Assembly: GCF_964355755.1 (NCBI RefSeq)
Contig: NC_092676.1
Location: 26,802,871 to 26,866,870, forward strand
DNA: 64,000 nucleotides
Direction of reading: 5' to 3'
Source of the DNA: Antedon mediterranea
Lineage: Eukaryota > Animalia > Echinodermata
Below, piece after piece: positions 26,013 to 37,062 of this stretch; position 1 is the stretch's first letter; each line of letters begins with the position of its first letter. Position numbers and translations under genes: made by a program. Under the pieces are notes generated by a model. The model searched no databases. It worked only from the letters and a program-made list of their open reading frames with translations, and was not told the DNA's origin.

Positions 26013-27376
26013 CCTTTGATTGAGGGATGGTTGCACACATTGACCTTGGTGGTATAATAGCGTCAAATCTCTCATGAACTTTTGATTGTGCATTGTGGTT
26101 GAAAACCGTTTCCCAGAAAACAAGATCATGTGTAGTACAGTATTTTTATCAATATTATTTATTTATTGTTTATTACATTATTTCCAGAATAACTAATAAT
26201 ATCCCTAATGTAATTATATAATTAGTAAAATCATAATTTATTATTATTTGTTTATTTTGATGTAAGTTATATTCTTTATTCGCTTTCGAGGTATTTGATT
26301 CTAATTGTGTTTTATTTTTAAATTTGTTTTAACCATTCTAAATAAATATAAATAATATAGGGGGATTTCTTTAAACAAAAATTGATTATTACAATTAGTT
26401 ATTTGAATAATAATATTACTAACATCTAATTTATTTAATTTATTAAGTTTTTTAACACTGCACTGCAATATTAATTTTAATATTGTTATTATAGTTTTAT
26501 TTTTACCAATAAAAACATTAAATTCAGTTAAATAAGTAATTTAAACTTGGGCCAAGAAACAATTTAAAACAATTACTAGCGATATTCAAATTGACCATTA
26601 TGTAAAATTCATCTCGCCAAGGACTAGGTCTGTGGTAACGTATCCTGGTTCAGGGGCCTCTATTGGACGAGGCCAAATAATTGTGAAAAACGTGTTTCGT
26701 TAGTGTCATCATCGTCCTCGCCATATGTCAGTAGGCATAATCATATGTTTTGTACGGCTGCATTGAGTCTGTTGTTTTGCTTCTTATTTTTATAATTGTG
26801 AATTAGAGAGTTCAACCACCTTAATATAATACTTAATCTATCATATTTCAAATGGCCATACAGATTAAATGATATGATAAAATATTGCGGCCGACATCGA
26901 ATTTGTAACAAAATCACGTTCTATCTGCCACCTTGCTATCATCTTATTCCCATATCGAATTTTAATTGTCTTATTTGACATTCAAACTTGGTTAAAAATA
27001 TTGTGATACGACTGTCTATTTGAATTCTGTAGCAAAATATGATATTAATACGCTGAGCGTTATCTTATATATCTTTTTTTTCTAGTATTGCCCAATAGTA
27101 GCATAAAATGATAATATTTAAGGATGTCACATCACATAGCGACGTAGGATGGGAGTCATAAACCTGCTCAGCAACCAAAGCCAATAATAAATACGACGGT
27201 ACCCTTTCGTTTTAATTTTTAAAAGGATTTTCCCTTTTTTGGCCGCAAAACCTATACTTTTACGGATGAGGATATTTTAAATACTTATTTATACTTTCAT
27301 ACTTTTTTCTAACAATATTCCCATGCGTTTCTATTCTATTGGTTCATTCGGATTGTAGATTTGATGATATTTATTA

Positions 27377-27652
27377 AAATCAAAAGGCAAATTTTTTTAA
27401 AAATGACAATGCTGTGGGTATCAGTGGCTGGATCACAATTGAGGTACAAACAAAATATGCAATGACAATGACAATACTGTGGGTATCAGTGGCTGGATCT
27501 CAATGAGATACAAAATAAAATAAGCAATGAAAAAAGTGACAATGCTGTGAGTATTAGTTGCTGGATCTCAATGAGATACAAAATAAAATAAGCAATGAAA
27601 AAAGTGACAATGCTGTGAGTATTAGTTGCTGGAATGATCTCAATGAGATACA
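27377..27652 (-). repeat. Tandemly amplified ~60-70 bp subunit of the Penelope-like pLTR (left of LINE)
   Basis: Four units of gacaatgctgtg(g/a)gtat(c/t)agt(g/t)gctggatctcaatgagataca. Confidence 0.75.
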
Positions 27653-29150
27653 TGGAAGTGAGAACTTCGCTAATGACTTAAACAACTTTTTCTGTCGTTT
27701 TGAATCCGAGATATTAGTTTCCAAAAATGAAAATGAAGACACAGAAATCCGCGAAAATGAGACTTCATTAGTAAACAATGCAGTCATAAATGTAGTTGAT
27801 GTGCGTAATGTATTCGCCAAAGTAAAGCCTGGTAAAAGTACTGGCCCTGATGGAATTGGAAATCGTGTTATTAAATACTGCAACCAAGAGTTGGCACCGA
27901 TATATACCAAACTTTTTAATGAGAGTTTAGCAAGTGGTACAGTGCCCAATCAATGGAAAACGGCCTTTATCTCACCTATTCCTAAGATAAAAAATCCCAA
28001 GGAACTTAATGACTATAGGCCAATAGCTATCACATCCAATGTTGGTAAGTGCCTAGAAAAGATTGTACTTAGGCAGTTGCTTGATCAGACCAAATTGTTT
28101 CTCGATCCTCTCCAATTTGCCTATCAGAGTAATAGAAGTGTTGAAGATGCTGTGCTCTTCCACTTACATAATATTTACCAACATTTAGATGTGCCTAAAT
28201 CATATGTAAGATGTTTGTATATAGATTTTTCTAGTGCTTTTAATACCGTTGAACCTGGTTCATTAGTACGCAAACTTAAAGAAATGAACGTAAACGACAC
28301 ATTGACTTCATGGATATATAATTTCTTAACAAAAAGGTTCCAGTATGTTAAACTAAACGGTATTTTATCTGATAAAAGAACTGTTAGCATTGGCACGCCA
28401 CAAGGGTCTGTTATCTCCCCAATGTTGTTTTCACTGTTCACCAGCAGTTTCAGAGCCAATTCAAATGAATGTTGTATAGTAAAATATGCAGATGACACAG
28501 TCATCACTGGATACATTACTGGCAATGATGAAACAAGCTATAGACAACTAGGATGTGATTTTTATCACTGGTGCTGCAATAACAACCTGAAACTAAACAT
28601 AAAGAAAACAAAAGAAATGCAAATTGATTTTAGGAAAATTAAAGAACCCTTAGAACCTCTGATTATAAATGAAAATGAGATTGAAGTAGTAAATGAGTAC
28701 AAATATCTGGGTTGTATAATTGACAATAAGCTAAATTGGATAAATAATGTAAATAAAGCCACATGCAAAGCCAACCAAAGGATGTTTATTTTAAGAAAAA
28801 TGAAGTACCTACAAATTGACAAAACTATACTTAAATTGTTTTATAACTCTGTAATTCTCAGTGTAATACTTTTTTGTAATGTTTGTTTTTATGGTAATAC
28901 AATGCAAAAAGATAAAATTAAACTTAATCGAATAGGAAATAGAGCAATTAGACTAGTAGGAGAGCACTTACCTGATGTTGAATCCTTGTATAAAGAAAAT
29001 GTGTTAAAAAAAGTAAAAAGTATCATTGATGATGAAACACATCCTCTTCACAAACAATTTGCTCTCATGAATTCTGGCATAAGACTACGTGCACTTAATA
29101 CCAAAACAAAACGGTTTAGGTGCTCGTTTGTACCTAATGTACAAAGGTAA
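27558..29150 (+). CDS. Reverse transcriptase (LINE ORF2 C-terminal part, no endonuclease); the first ~32 codons come from the host repeat
   Basis: GPDGI, NDYRPIAITS, LDPLQFAYQ, YVRCLYIDFSSAFNT, GTPQGSVISPMLFSLFT, KYADDT, YKYLG, HPLH, RFRCSFVP; uninterrupted frame. Confidence 0.9.
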   Translation: MLDLNEIQNKISNEKSDNAVSISCWNDLNEIHGSENFANDLNNFFCRFESEILVSKNENEDTEIRENETSLVNNAVINVVDVRNVFAKVKPGKSTGPDGIGNRVIKYCNQELAPIYTKLFNESLASGTVPNQWKTAFISPIPKIKNPKELNDYRPIAITSNVGKCLEKIVLRQLLDQTKLFLDPLQFAYQSNRSVEDAVLFHLHNIYQHLDVPKSYVRCLYIDFSSAFNTVEPGSLVRKLKEMNVNDTLTSWIYNFLTKRFQYVKLNGILSDKRTVSIGTPQGSVISPMLFSLFTSSFRANSNECCIVKYADDTVITGYITGNDETSYRQLGCDFYHWCCNNNLKLNIKKTKEMQIDFRKIKEPLEPLIINENEIEVVNEYKYLGCIIDNKLNWINNVNKATCKANQRMFILRKMKYLQIDKTILKLFYNSVILSVILFCNVCFYGNTMQKDKIKLNRIGNRAIRLVGEHLPDVESLYKENVLKKVKSIIDDETHPLHKQFALMNSGIRLRALNTKTKRFRCSFVPNVQR

Positions 29151-29314
29151 AATGTAACCGATAATTTTTATCTAATTTTAACAATTTTTAGCCTCTTAAC
29201 TTTTTGTGTGTGTTTTTGTAAATTGTATTTTATATTTTTGTATTTTGCCAGTTTTCAAATCACATTTCTGTTTTTTAAATGGACAATAAAGTATATATGA
29301 CTATGACTATGACT
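27653..29314 (+). mobile_element. 5'-truncated non-LTR retrotransposon, Rex1/Babar clade
   Basis: RT ORF with Rex1-type motifs; T-rich 3'UTR, AATAAA and (TGACTA)n tail; ATACA duplicated at 27648-27652 and 29315-29319; inserted into a tandem repeat that resumes after it. Confidence 0.9.
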
Positions 29315-29507
29315 ATACAAAATAAAATAAGCAATGAAAAAAAGTGACAATGCTGTGAGTATTAGTTGCTGGATCTCAATGAGATACAAAATAAAATAAG
29401 CAATGAAAAAAGTGACAATGCTGTGAGTATTAGTTGCTGGATCTCAATGAGATACAAAATAAAATATGCAAAAAGCTAAATCAAAATGATAGTAAAACAG
29501 CCAGAAA
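29315..29507 (-). repeat. Continuation of the pLTR-derived tandem array and end of the pLTR (right of LINE)
   Basis: Two more units, then aaaagctaaatcaaaa..cagccagaaa as in 31580-31618. Confidence 0.75.
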
Positions 29508-30309
29508 GAATATGTATATTTGGGGCGACCTTTTCTCATTCTCACAGATTTGATCGTTTCAAATTAATTAATACATTTTCAGTATATCACCGGGCGTTTT
29601 AGAAATCTTTCTTTGCCTGCTGTGTTTATTATCTTTCATGTAATGTAGTAAATATTCATCGGAGTCTGTGTCAATATTAACATACTATAGCAATATTTAA
29701 ATGTATGTTTTGCTAAACAACTCTAGGCTTCGTTTTCTTTAGGGGATTCACCTAGCCTGAATAATACGTGTGTGATTGCTTTTAAACCATTGACCTGTGT
29801 AAATCTGAGCCACCAGTGGGGCTAAAATGAAAACGAAACCGTACATCATTGCCTTTCTCAAGTAATAATCAACAGGTGACCCTGTCAATACCCTGTGGTG
29901 TCTCGTAACCCAGGTAAATTATTTACAATTGCAGTCTGGAATGTCTATATGCTACCGGAATAGTTGGGAAATACCGGCTTGTTGATAAGTTGGTTCACCT
30001 TTTATTGTTTTTTGGAGTAAACTTGTTGCATGACCCAAAAACATTTTTTTTTTTTTTTTGCTTTGACGCATTGATAGGTTCATGTTAAAAACATTGATCT
30101 TGTTTAAAACATTCTAAAAATTCTTGGTTCCTCTCAAAGCTAATAATAGTAATAAATATATCTAGTTGTTGCTTTAAAACTAAATAAAAGAAATGAGGCA
30201 GATGTCAACAATATTAATTCGTAACACATGGGCCTAAAAAAGGAATGAATAAAGCTGAGGAGAAAAAGAAAGACCACGAATGAACATTATGCAACGTCAG
30301 AAATATATG

Positions 30310-30830
30310 GAAATGCAACTTCGAGATCAGGAAGATGAAGAGGATTGACAACAAAGTTGGAGAAATTATCTGAGAAGGTTCAAGAACTTGGAGATCAGAA
30401 AGATGAAGATGAAAAGTATGTTTACGAGATGACGTGACAATGTTCAGGAAGATGAGGATTGGCAACAAAATTTGAAAGATTATCTGAGAATGTTCAGGAA
30501 CTTGAAGATCAGAAACCTGACGATCAGGAAAGAAAAGGATTGGCAACAAAGTATGAGAGATGACCTGAGTATGTTCAGGAACTTCGAGATCATGAAAACG
30601 AAAAGGAGGATTGTAACAAAGTTTGAGATATGACCCGAGAATGTTCAGGAACTTGAAGATCATGGATGATGAGGAGGATTGACAACTAAGTTGTAGAGAT
30701 GACCTGAGAATGCCCAGGAACGTGGAGATCGGGAAGATAAAGAGGATGGGCAACACGGTTTGGGAGATAACCTGGAAATGTTCAGAAACTTCGAAATCAT
30801 GCAAATGAAAAGGAGGATTGGCAACAAATT
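30310..30830. repeat. Degenerate ~70-bp purine-rich tandem repeat
   Basis: gagatgacctgagaatgttcaggaacttgaagatcaggaagat..aggattggcaacaaa units. Confidence 0.8.
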
Positions 30831-31379
30831 GTAAAAAGACATGGGAATCAAAACCAAGGTGAGAAATTAAAATAAGATTTTCTAATCTTATTGATCCTTT
30901 GTTATTACCTTGTATAGAGTTGCAATAGGCCTAGTATATTTTATTTTTATATCATTCACCAATAACTTTTCCCATAACCATAGGTGTGAAATGGAACCTG
31001 ATATTGATTCATTTTTCAAAGAAATGAAATTGTGCTTTCCTGAAACCAGCCATTTTCAAAGGTTATCCCAGTCACGTGACATCCTAAAATAAATAGTAGG
31101 TAAGTATTCTACCTTTCAATTTGGATTGCATTACCTCCGTTTGTGGTTGAAAATGTCCTATTATTCAAAAATGTTATATTCTCTTGCGAGCAAAAAAATG
31201 GTAGCACAAAAATAGAATAAAGGAAAAACCAAAGTAGTTACGTTAATTCCATTATGTATGTATCAATTTGATCTCTGGTGCGCGTGCGTACAACTGAGGA
31301 CTAGTTGTGTTCCAACCGTACCACGCCGAGAATGTTAAAGGGTCGTTATCCGATCGAGTTAAAGAACAATACCATGAAA

Positions 31380-31441
31380 GCCCCAGTGGTCTAATGGTTA
31401 GGGCAACTGCATATCAAGCAGACGGTCCGAGTTCGAGTCGA
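31380..31441 (+). pseudogene. tRNA-like head (tRNA pseudogene or truncated SINE) cut off by (TA)n
   Basis: A box TGGTCTAATGG, stem ctgc-atatcaa-gcag, B box GTTCGAGTC; the 3' acceptor strand is missing. Confidence 0.55.
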
Positions 31442-31493
<52 letters not shown>

Positions 31494-31497
<4 letters not shown>

Positions 31498-31660
31498 CCA
31501 AAGGCAAATTACTGAACAAAATGACAATGCTGTGGGTATCAGTGGCTGGATCTCAATGGAGATACAAAAATAAAAAGCGAAAAGCTAAATCAAAACGATA
31601 AAGTAAACAGCCAGAAAAGTTAGCAGAGCTTTCGGGCAACACTAGCCCTTCATCAGTGCA
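31494..31660 (-). mobile_element. Penelope-like (Neptune-type) solo pseudo-LTR inserted in (TA)n, with hammerhead motif
   Basis: Flanked by (TA)n at 31443-31494 and 31667-31706; related to copies at 2946-3072 and 27377-29507; contains a minimal hammerhead. Confidence 0.7.
31623..31660 (-). ncRNA. Minimal type I hammerhead ribozyme
   Basis: 5'-UGCA CUGAUGA A GGGC uaguguu GCCC GAAA GC UC|UGC-3': intact core, 4-bp stem II, palindromic AGCU helix III, 3-bp stem I; predicted cleavage between 31626 and 31625. Confidence 0.7.
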
Positions 31661-31663
31661 TTT

Positions 31664-31709
<46 letters not shown>

Positions 31710-33513
31710 AAATCAGGCAAAGAACATTAATTCTAAACCGCCCGGTGATATACTGAAATTTAATTAATTATATATATATATATATATTATATTTTTACTT
31801 GTTATGTACGTATTCGAAAGAAAAAAAACACTGACGTAAACTTTTAGCTAATATATATTTTTTGTAATGCAAACAATCGAAAATCAAATTTACTTCTAAG
31901 TAAAAAGTCATTAAAATTAACAATTGTGAGTGACGGTAGGCAATTGTTACTTAATCTATGACTTTGCGACTTTTAAGTGCGAATATTTTAAGCTTTATTA
32001 TAAAGGATATTATATATATAAATAGTATATAATCCGTCTTTCAGGTTTGTTTCAAAATAACTTTTTAACAAATTATTTATAGCATTTTCTTTCTAGACGA
32101 AAATACAGATAATAATTAATCCCATACAAAATAATACAAGATTTTCAGAAATATTGGAATTGACGTCAGCATAATTATTTTGTATTGATGACGTCAAAGG
32201 AGATGGGCTAGGTCGATGCCACTCATCATACATCGGAACTTACTGGATTAATTTGTATTAACTGAATTGGCATTCATTGCACAGGAATCGGAACTTCTGG
32301 ACACTGACCTATAACCTAACAGACTTCTATGATGAAATTCTCTGTTTCATCTTATTAGCAATTTAAAATGTACTTGATGGTATTAATATATTATTGATAA
32401 ACTGGAATATTCATTTGATAACCTCTATTACCGTATGTAAAGTAAACAATATTGAAACTTTATTGTATTGAAACAGATTTTCCAGAAAATTTTGTATTTT
32501 AGAATGTGAATATGAAGTTTTTTTTATTAAGAATACAAAATGTCGTTCTTGGTTTTGGAATTATACCTGCAGGCCCCTACAGTATTTTGATGTAAATTAT
32601 TAGTTTGTTCAGAGTTGTGTCTGTGAACTTTTCAATCAGACATGTTATTGCGTAATCGGGAAGCTCGTCCTATCAAATACTTCCATCTGTATTCTCCAAA
32701 AGGAAAAACGGAAAAAAGTCATTTAGCCTTCAATTTTCAATAAAATATTTTGTTTTAATGTTCTTTAAATTGCATCTACGTTTTTACACGTTTTCTTAGG
32801 TATATGTATATAGTACAGCACCTTGTATTTGGCTTATTTCAGTTTTTCTTTCCGTAATTGTTTTAATGATTAATTATTGTTAATATAAAGTTTGCGGTAC
32901 ACCAGGTACATAATTAGTTCTAAAAAGAACTATTGAGTTTCTCGACGTTTCGATCAAGTATTGTTATATTATTTTTAAATATTATTTAAACGTGAATTAA
33001 TATTCGAGTTTAAACTTATTTCAAATCAGATTACAAAATAAAAGTAAATCTACCGGGTTAGACAGGTTATTAAAAACAAACAAATCATTATCATTTGAAT
33101 TATAATCTAAACAATATACAGATCTGAAATACCGTATCTCCCTCCGTAGTTTCGTTTTGTTTAAAATAATAATTTCAATAACGAACTTCCATCAAGGCCT
33201 ACTAGTTAAATAACGATATTATTAATGATTGTATATAAAAAAGATTATCAATTATGTTATCAAATAAATAATTATAATCAAACAGACCACAAATGGAATT
33301 CTAATTCTTTTTTTTTTTGGTTGTCCTGAATTTATTCATTTTCAAATGTTTCTTCTTTGTTTTTTCCTGATTTAATTTTATGTATACACCTCTTTTTTAA
33401 AGATATGTATGATATTCGAAATAAACAAACGGTACATTTTTTAAATTATATTCATATTTTTTTTGGGCTGTCCTGAATTTATTCATCCGTTACTCCTTGT
33501 TTTTTTCCTGATG

Positions 33514-34237
33514 TTTTTAGTCGCGTGGAAGCGACTCTATAGTTCACTATGTCGGTCTGTCGGTCTGTCTGTCTGTCTGTCGGTCCGGTATCACTATGCG
33601 TTTTATCGCTTTCTGACCTTATCTTAATATCAGTTTAATCTAGCTAAGTCAATTTTTCACAGTATATTCCTAATGGCCAGGAATCGATGTGGTTATGTTT
33701 TCACGGTGCGCAATAAAAAATTACGCGGTCTACGCACGATTTAACGAAATCACGTTTGTAATCATATCTTCACAATCATGAATCACAATTAAATAAAATT
33801 TGGTACTCATAAATGTCAGGGCATAAATCATTATATGGCAATACAATTACGTGCGTAGCGCATTTAACGCATGCGTACGCGCGCTTAAAATTTTCAAAAT
33901 TTATTTTCGATGAAATAAGAGTACGTTTCAGGCAGTTTTAAGCGTTTACAAAATTGCCATGAGTGCGCAGATTTTTTCGCGCGCACTGCGCGTTAAATGT
34001 TATTTCGCACTCTTTTTGCCCGATTTCTGTTTTCTTGACTTACTTTTCAACTCGAAATTACGTTATACAAGCACGTCAAAAGTGACAGGCTACGCACGTG
34101 TAAATAAAAAAAATATAACTGTTTTTAAACATTTCAACATTTTTAAACATGTTCAGTAATTTCGGTCAGTTGGTAGGTTGGTCGGTCGGTCGGTAAACAC
34201 TAAGCACGCGACTGCAGCCATCTATATGGCCTTGTTT
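33514..34237 (+). mobile_element. HINE/DINE-1-like non-autonomous Helentron (family 2)
   Basis: TTTTT-agtcgcgtg subTIR plus gcgact IR, (GTCG/GTCT)n microsatellite, 3' subTIR cacgcgact, hairpin gccatctatatggc, T-rich end. Confidence 0.8.
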
Positions 34238-34849
34238 CATTTGATTGTTATTATTTTATGTATCGACCTCTTGTTTAAAGATATGTATAATGTCTGGATT
34301 CGAAATAAATAAACAATTCTTATGTTTTAAGGACCTCGGTCACTGCGGTCTGAGTAATATAAGAGGGAACAGCTTAAACATTTATATTTTGTTGAAAATA
34401 ATATAATCAATAATTATCAAACCAACGTACGGTATTCTTGGGCGAAACAGGAACAGTATTGTGTTGTTATGCATAAGTATTCCGTGCAAATTGTAAAACA
34501 AACATTCGTTTATTTATTTATTATGGTCGACAAATTGGTTCCGTTTCAGGACGTCTCTTCTTCACTCGACTAAATTTACTTTTCCAAAAATGATTGTCTA
34601 TTCATGTTGCATTGTTCGTTTCCGTCGTGATTGGACATAAATGTTGTAAACTATATTATTCTATATATACTTACTCTTGTAACATATATAAGTTGTATCA
34701 TTATGTTGGTGCATTGCTCTTAGTCGTGTGAATAGACATATTATGGGCATTATAGTTAATATGTATATAAAACTAAAGGTGTTATTGTTTAGTTATTTTT
34801 CAATTAATTCTTGTTTTTTTAATCGTGAGTCGTGATCTAAAGTAGAAGA

Positions 34850-35045
34850 GAAGATAGAGTGTAGGAGGCTTACATTCCAGAGAAGAAGAGGAAGACCAAG
34901 ATGCAAATGGAAAAAGACTATAACAGATGTGTTTTGCTCTACGGAGCAAGCAAGTAAGATGTTAGAAGACAGGAGATGGTTTCAGAATAGTGTTAGCGAA
35001 TCCACGCTCTGATCAGAGTTTGCTTTTTGATGACGATAGTGATGT
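34850..35045 (+). mobile_element. RTE-clade LINE 3' remnant
   Basis: RRRGRPRCKW...LEDRRWFQNSV C-terminal motif, short 3'UTR, (TGA)n-like tail. Confidence 0.65.
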
Positions 35046-35095
35046 TTATCTTGGTTTTCATAATTACATCCATCATATCATTCATTTGTCATTGT

Positions 35096-35405
35096 TACCA
35101 TCATCAATATCATATTATTTTATCCACCATCAATTTCTTTTTATTTTATCCACCATCAATTCCTTTTTATTTCATCCACCATCAATTTCTTTTTATTTTA
35201 TCCACCATCAATTTCTTTTTATTTTATCCACCATCAATTTCTTTTTATTTTATCCACCATCAATTTCTTTTTATTTTATCCACCATCAATTTCTTTTTAT
35301 TTTATCCACCATCAATTTCTTTTTATTTTATCCACCATCAATTTCTTTTTATTTTATCCACCATCAATTTCTTTTTTATTTTATCCACCATCAATTTCTT
35401 TTTTT
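35096..35405. repeat. 26-bp minisatellite (~11 copies)
   Basis: tccaccatcaatttctttttatttta units. Confidence 0.95.
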
Positions 35406-36920
35406 AATCTCGCCCATAACGAACAGAATAATTACAATACACAAACAATGTTTATTACAAATTTCTTTAATGGATTTTCAACTGGGTATTCCCATATAAA
35501 AAAATCGACTGTATAAAAAGAAAGATACAAAACCTATTCTAGGTATACGGTAACAAATAATGTTTATATACAATTATACATTCCCCGCCAGCAGGGGTTA
35601 CAAAAAATAAGTATTATTTTAATAATACTAATAATACATGTACTAATACTGAGCAAACAAACAAATAGTTTACAGGCAACATACTGAAAAGCATATGTAT
35701 ACATAGCAGTATATAGTCGTAAATAAAAAATTTTTTAAAAAGTTATTTTAGTGCATGATGTGTTATACTTATTGTTACGCAAACCAATTACGTTAATTAC
35801 GGATTAAAACCAGAAATGTGAATGCATTTTACGTCAAATGAGACTTTTCAGAAACAGAAACAAATTTGCTGCTCAGCAACGAAGTCAAAAGTATTAAATG
35901 AGGAATTCATATTTACATATTATATACATTGGTTTTATACAATTGTTGAAGTCGTAATACGCTAGTGTATAAAAACATATTGAAACAAAGTCAATTATAA
36001 AAGATTAAAGCCAATACAACTTTAAGTTTGGTTAGTAGTCCCTAAAGCAAAAATAATATAATTCGTTGATTTGCGAATTTATTGAAAATTATCCACAAAA
36101 TTAAAAAAGATTGCATAGTAGAACTGCATCATTGGTTTCATGAGTTTGCATATTTTAAGATTATTTTATTTTAACACAATCCAAAAATAAGATTACTATC
36201 AACAAGATTTAAAAAGTATTCAATTTTGAACAACGGAATTTCTGACACGAAAATCGAATGTTTTCAGTAGTTAGTAAGCCCTGAAGCAAGCCATCTCAGT
36301 TGACCATTAAGGAATATCGGCGTAAGAGAATCTGTAATTCATAAACACTAATTACTAGCGCTTCTGAAAAACTCTCGGAAAGTTCTAACCATGTTTAATT
36401 GGTAGAAAACAACCGTATATTATTGTATGCTAACAAATGCCTGAAGCTTAACTATGATTTTAAACAACTATATTAGAAAGGTTATCTTTTAAGTCAGGAT
36501 GCAGCGAACCTTTCCTTCCGGCAACATTAGAAACAGATTGTATTTATACCGCTCATCTTGGAACATTATGTTGTTATAACCATTTACAACGATAAAGATA
36601 GTTCCCGGAATCCCGTTATTGTCTTCTGATAATAATAAATTATTCTTTGTTACTCTCCTTTGGAATGTACTGAAATGGAAGATGTGTTTTAGTTTTTTAG
36701 TTCAGTCAGGAAGAAAATCGTCCTTTTAATTTTAGACTGACATTTCCATTGCCCCGAGGCAGGTCGTCCTGCTCGAATCGATTTCACTCCTTTTCACTCG
36801 TTTTGGAATTGATCTTAGATATCCAACTGCGGATTGAAACGATCTCACAACAATGTTTCATCTTGAATAGTAGTAGTAGTTTACGTGCGAAATGGCACGA
36901 TTGTCCTTTATAAGTTCTGT

Positions 36921-37062
36921 CTATAAGGATAAGGAACTATCACTTTCTGGTTCAGAGTTTGGAAGGCATGCGGCTTCTTTCCATCCAGAAGCGTTCTTGC
37001 CAAATTTGTACACTAATCGTCTGCCATCAACTCGTTCCAATATTCCACGTCGATAGTAATAC
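36921..37062 (-). CDS. Ese: Ese last coding exon (C-terminal part of ETS domain, stop TAG)
   Basis: Acceptor ttttctag; encodes (R)[46 protein letters not shown]. Confidence 0.95.

Larger units (their letters stand above)
17950..27210 (-). pseudogene. Decayed Ig/FN3/TM receptor (nephrin-like) exon remnants, copy 1 (tentative)
   Basis: Manual translation: ~26660-26580 TDLVLGEMNFT/HNGQFEYR (Ig E-F strands); ~24100-24015 TNLTGLKWG*NEHGTGSS (FN3); 22847-22680 CDANIQHCFIEYYK..KTWSEVTECGC; ~18182-18115 ATLVPILVMTMIILF*FTIGCF (TM). Stops and frameshifts throughout. Confidence 0.35.

Noticed and set aside
27554-28822. Minus-strand ORFs of 131, 116 and 85 aa
   Set aside because: Antisense shadows of the LINE RT frame
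30214-30857. 196-aa and 65-aa ORFs
   Set aside because: Arise from the ~70-bp tandem repeat; low complexity with no domain
31380-31441. Functional tRNA gene
   Set aside because: The T-arm 3' side and acceptor strand are missing, replaced by (TA)n
34990-35499. 169-aa and 126-aa ORFs
   Set aside because: Translations of the 26-bp minisatellite
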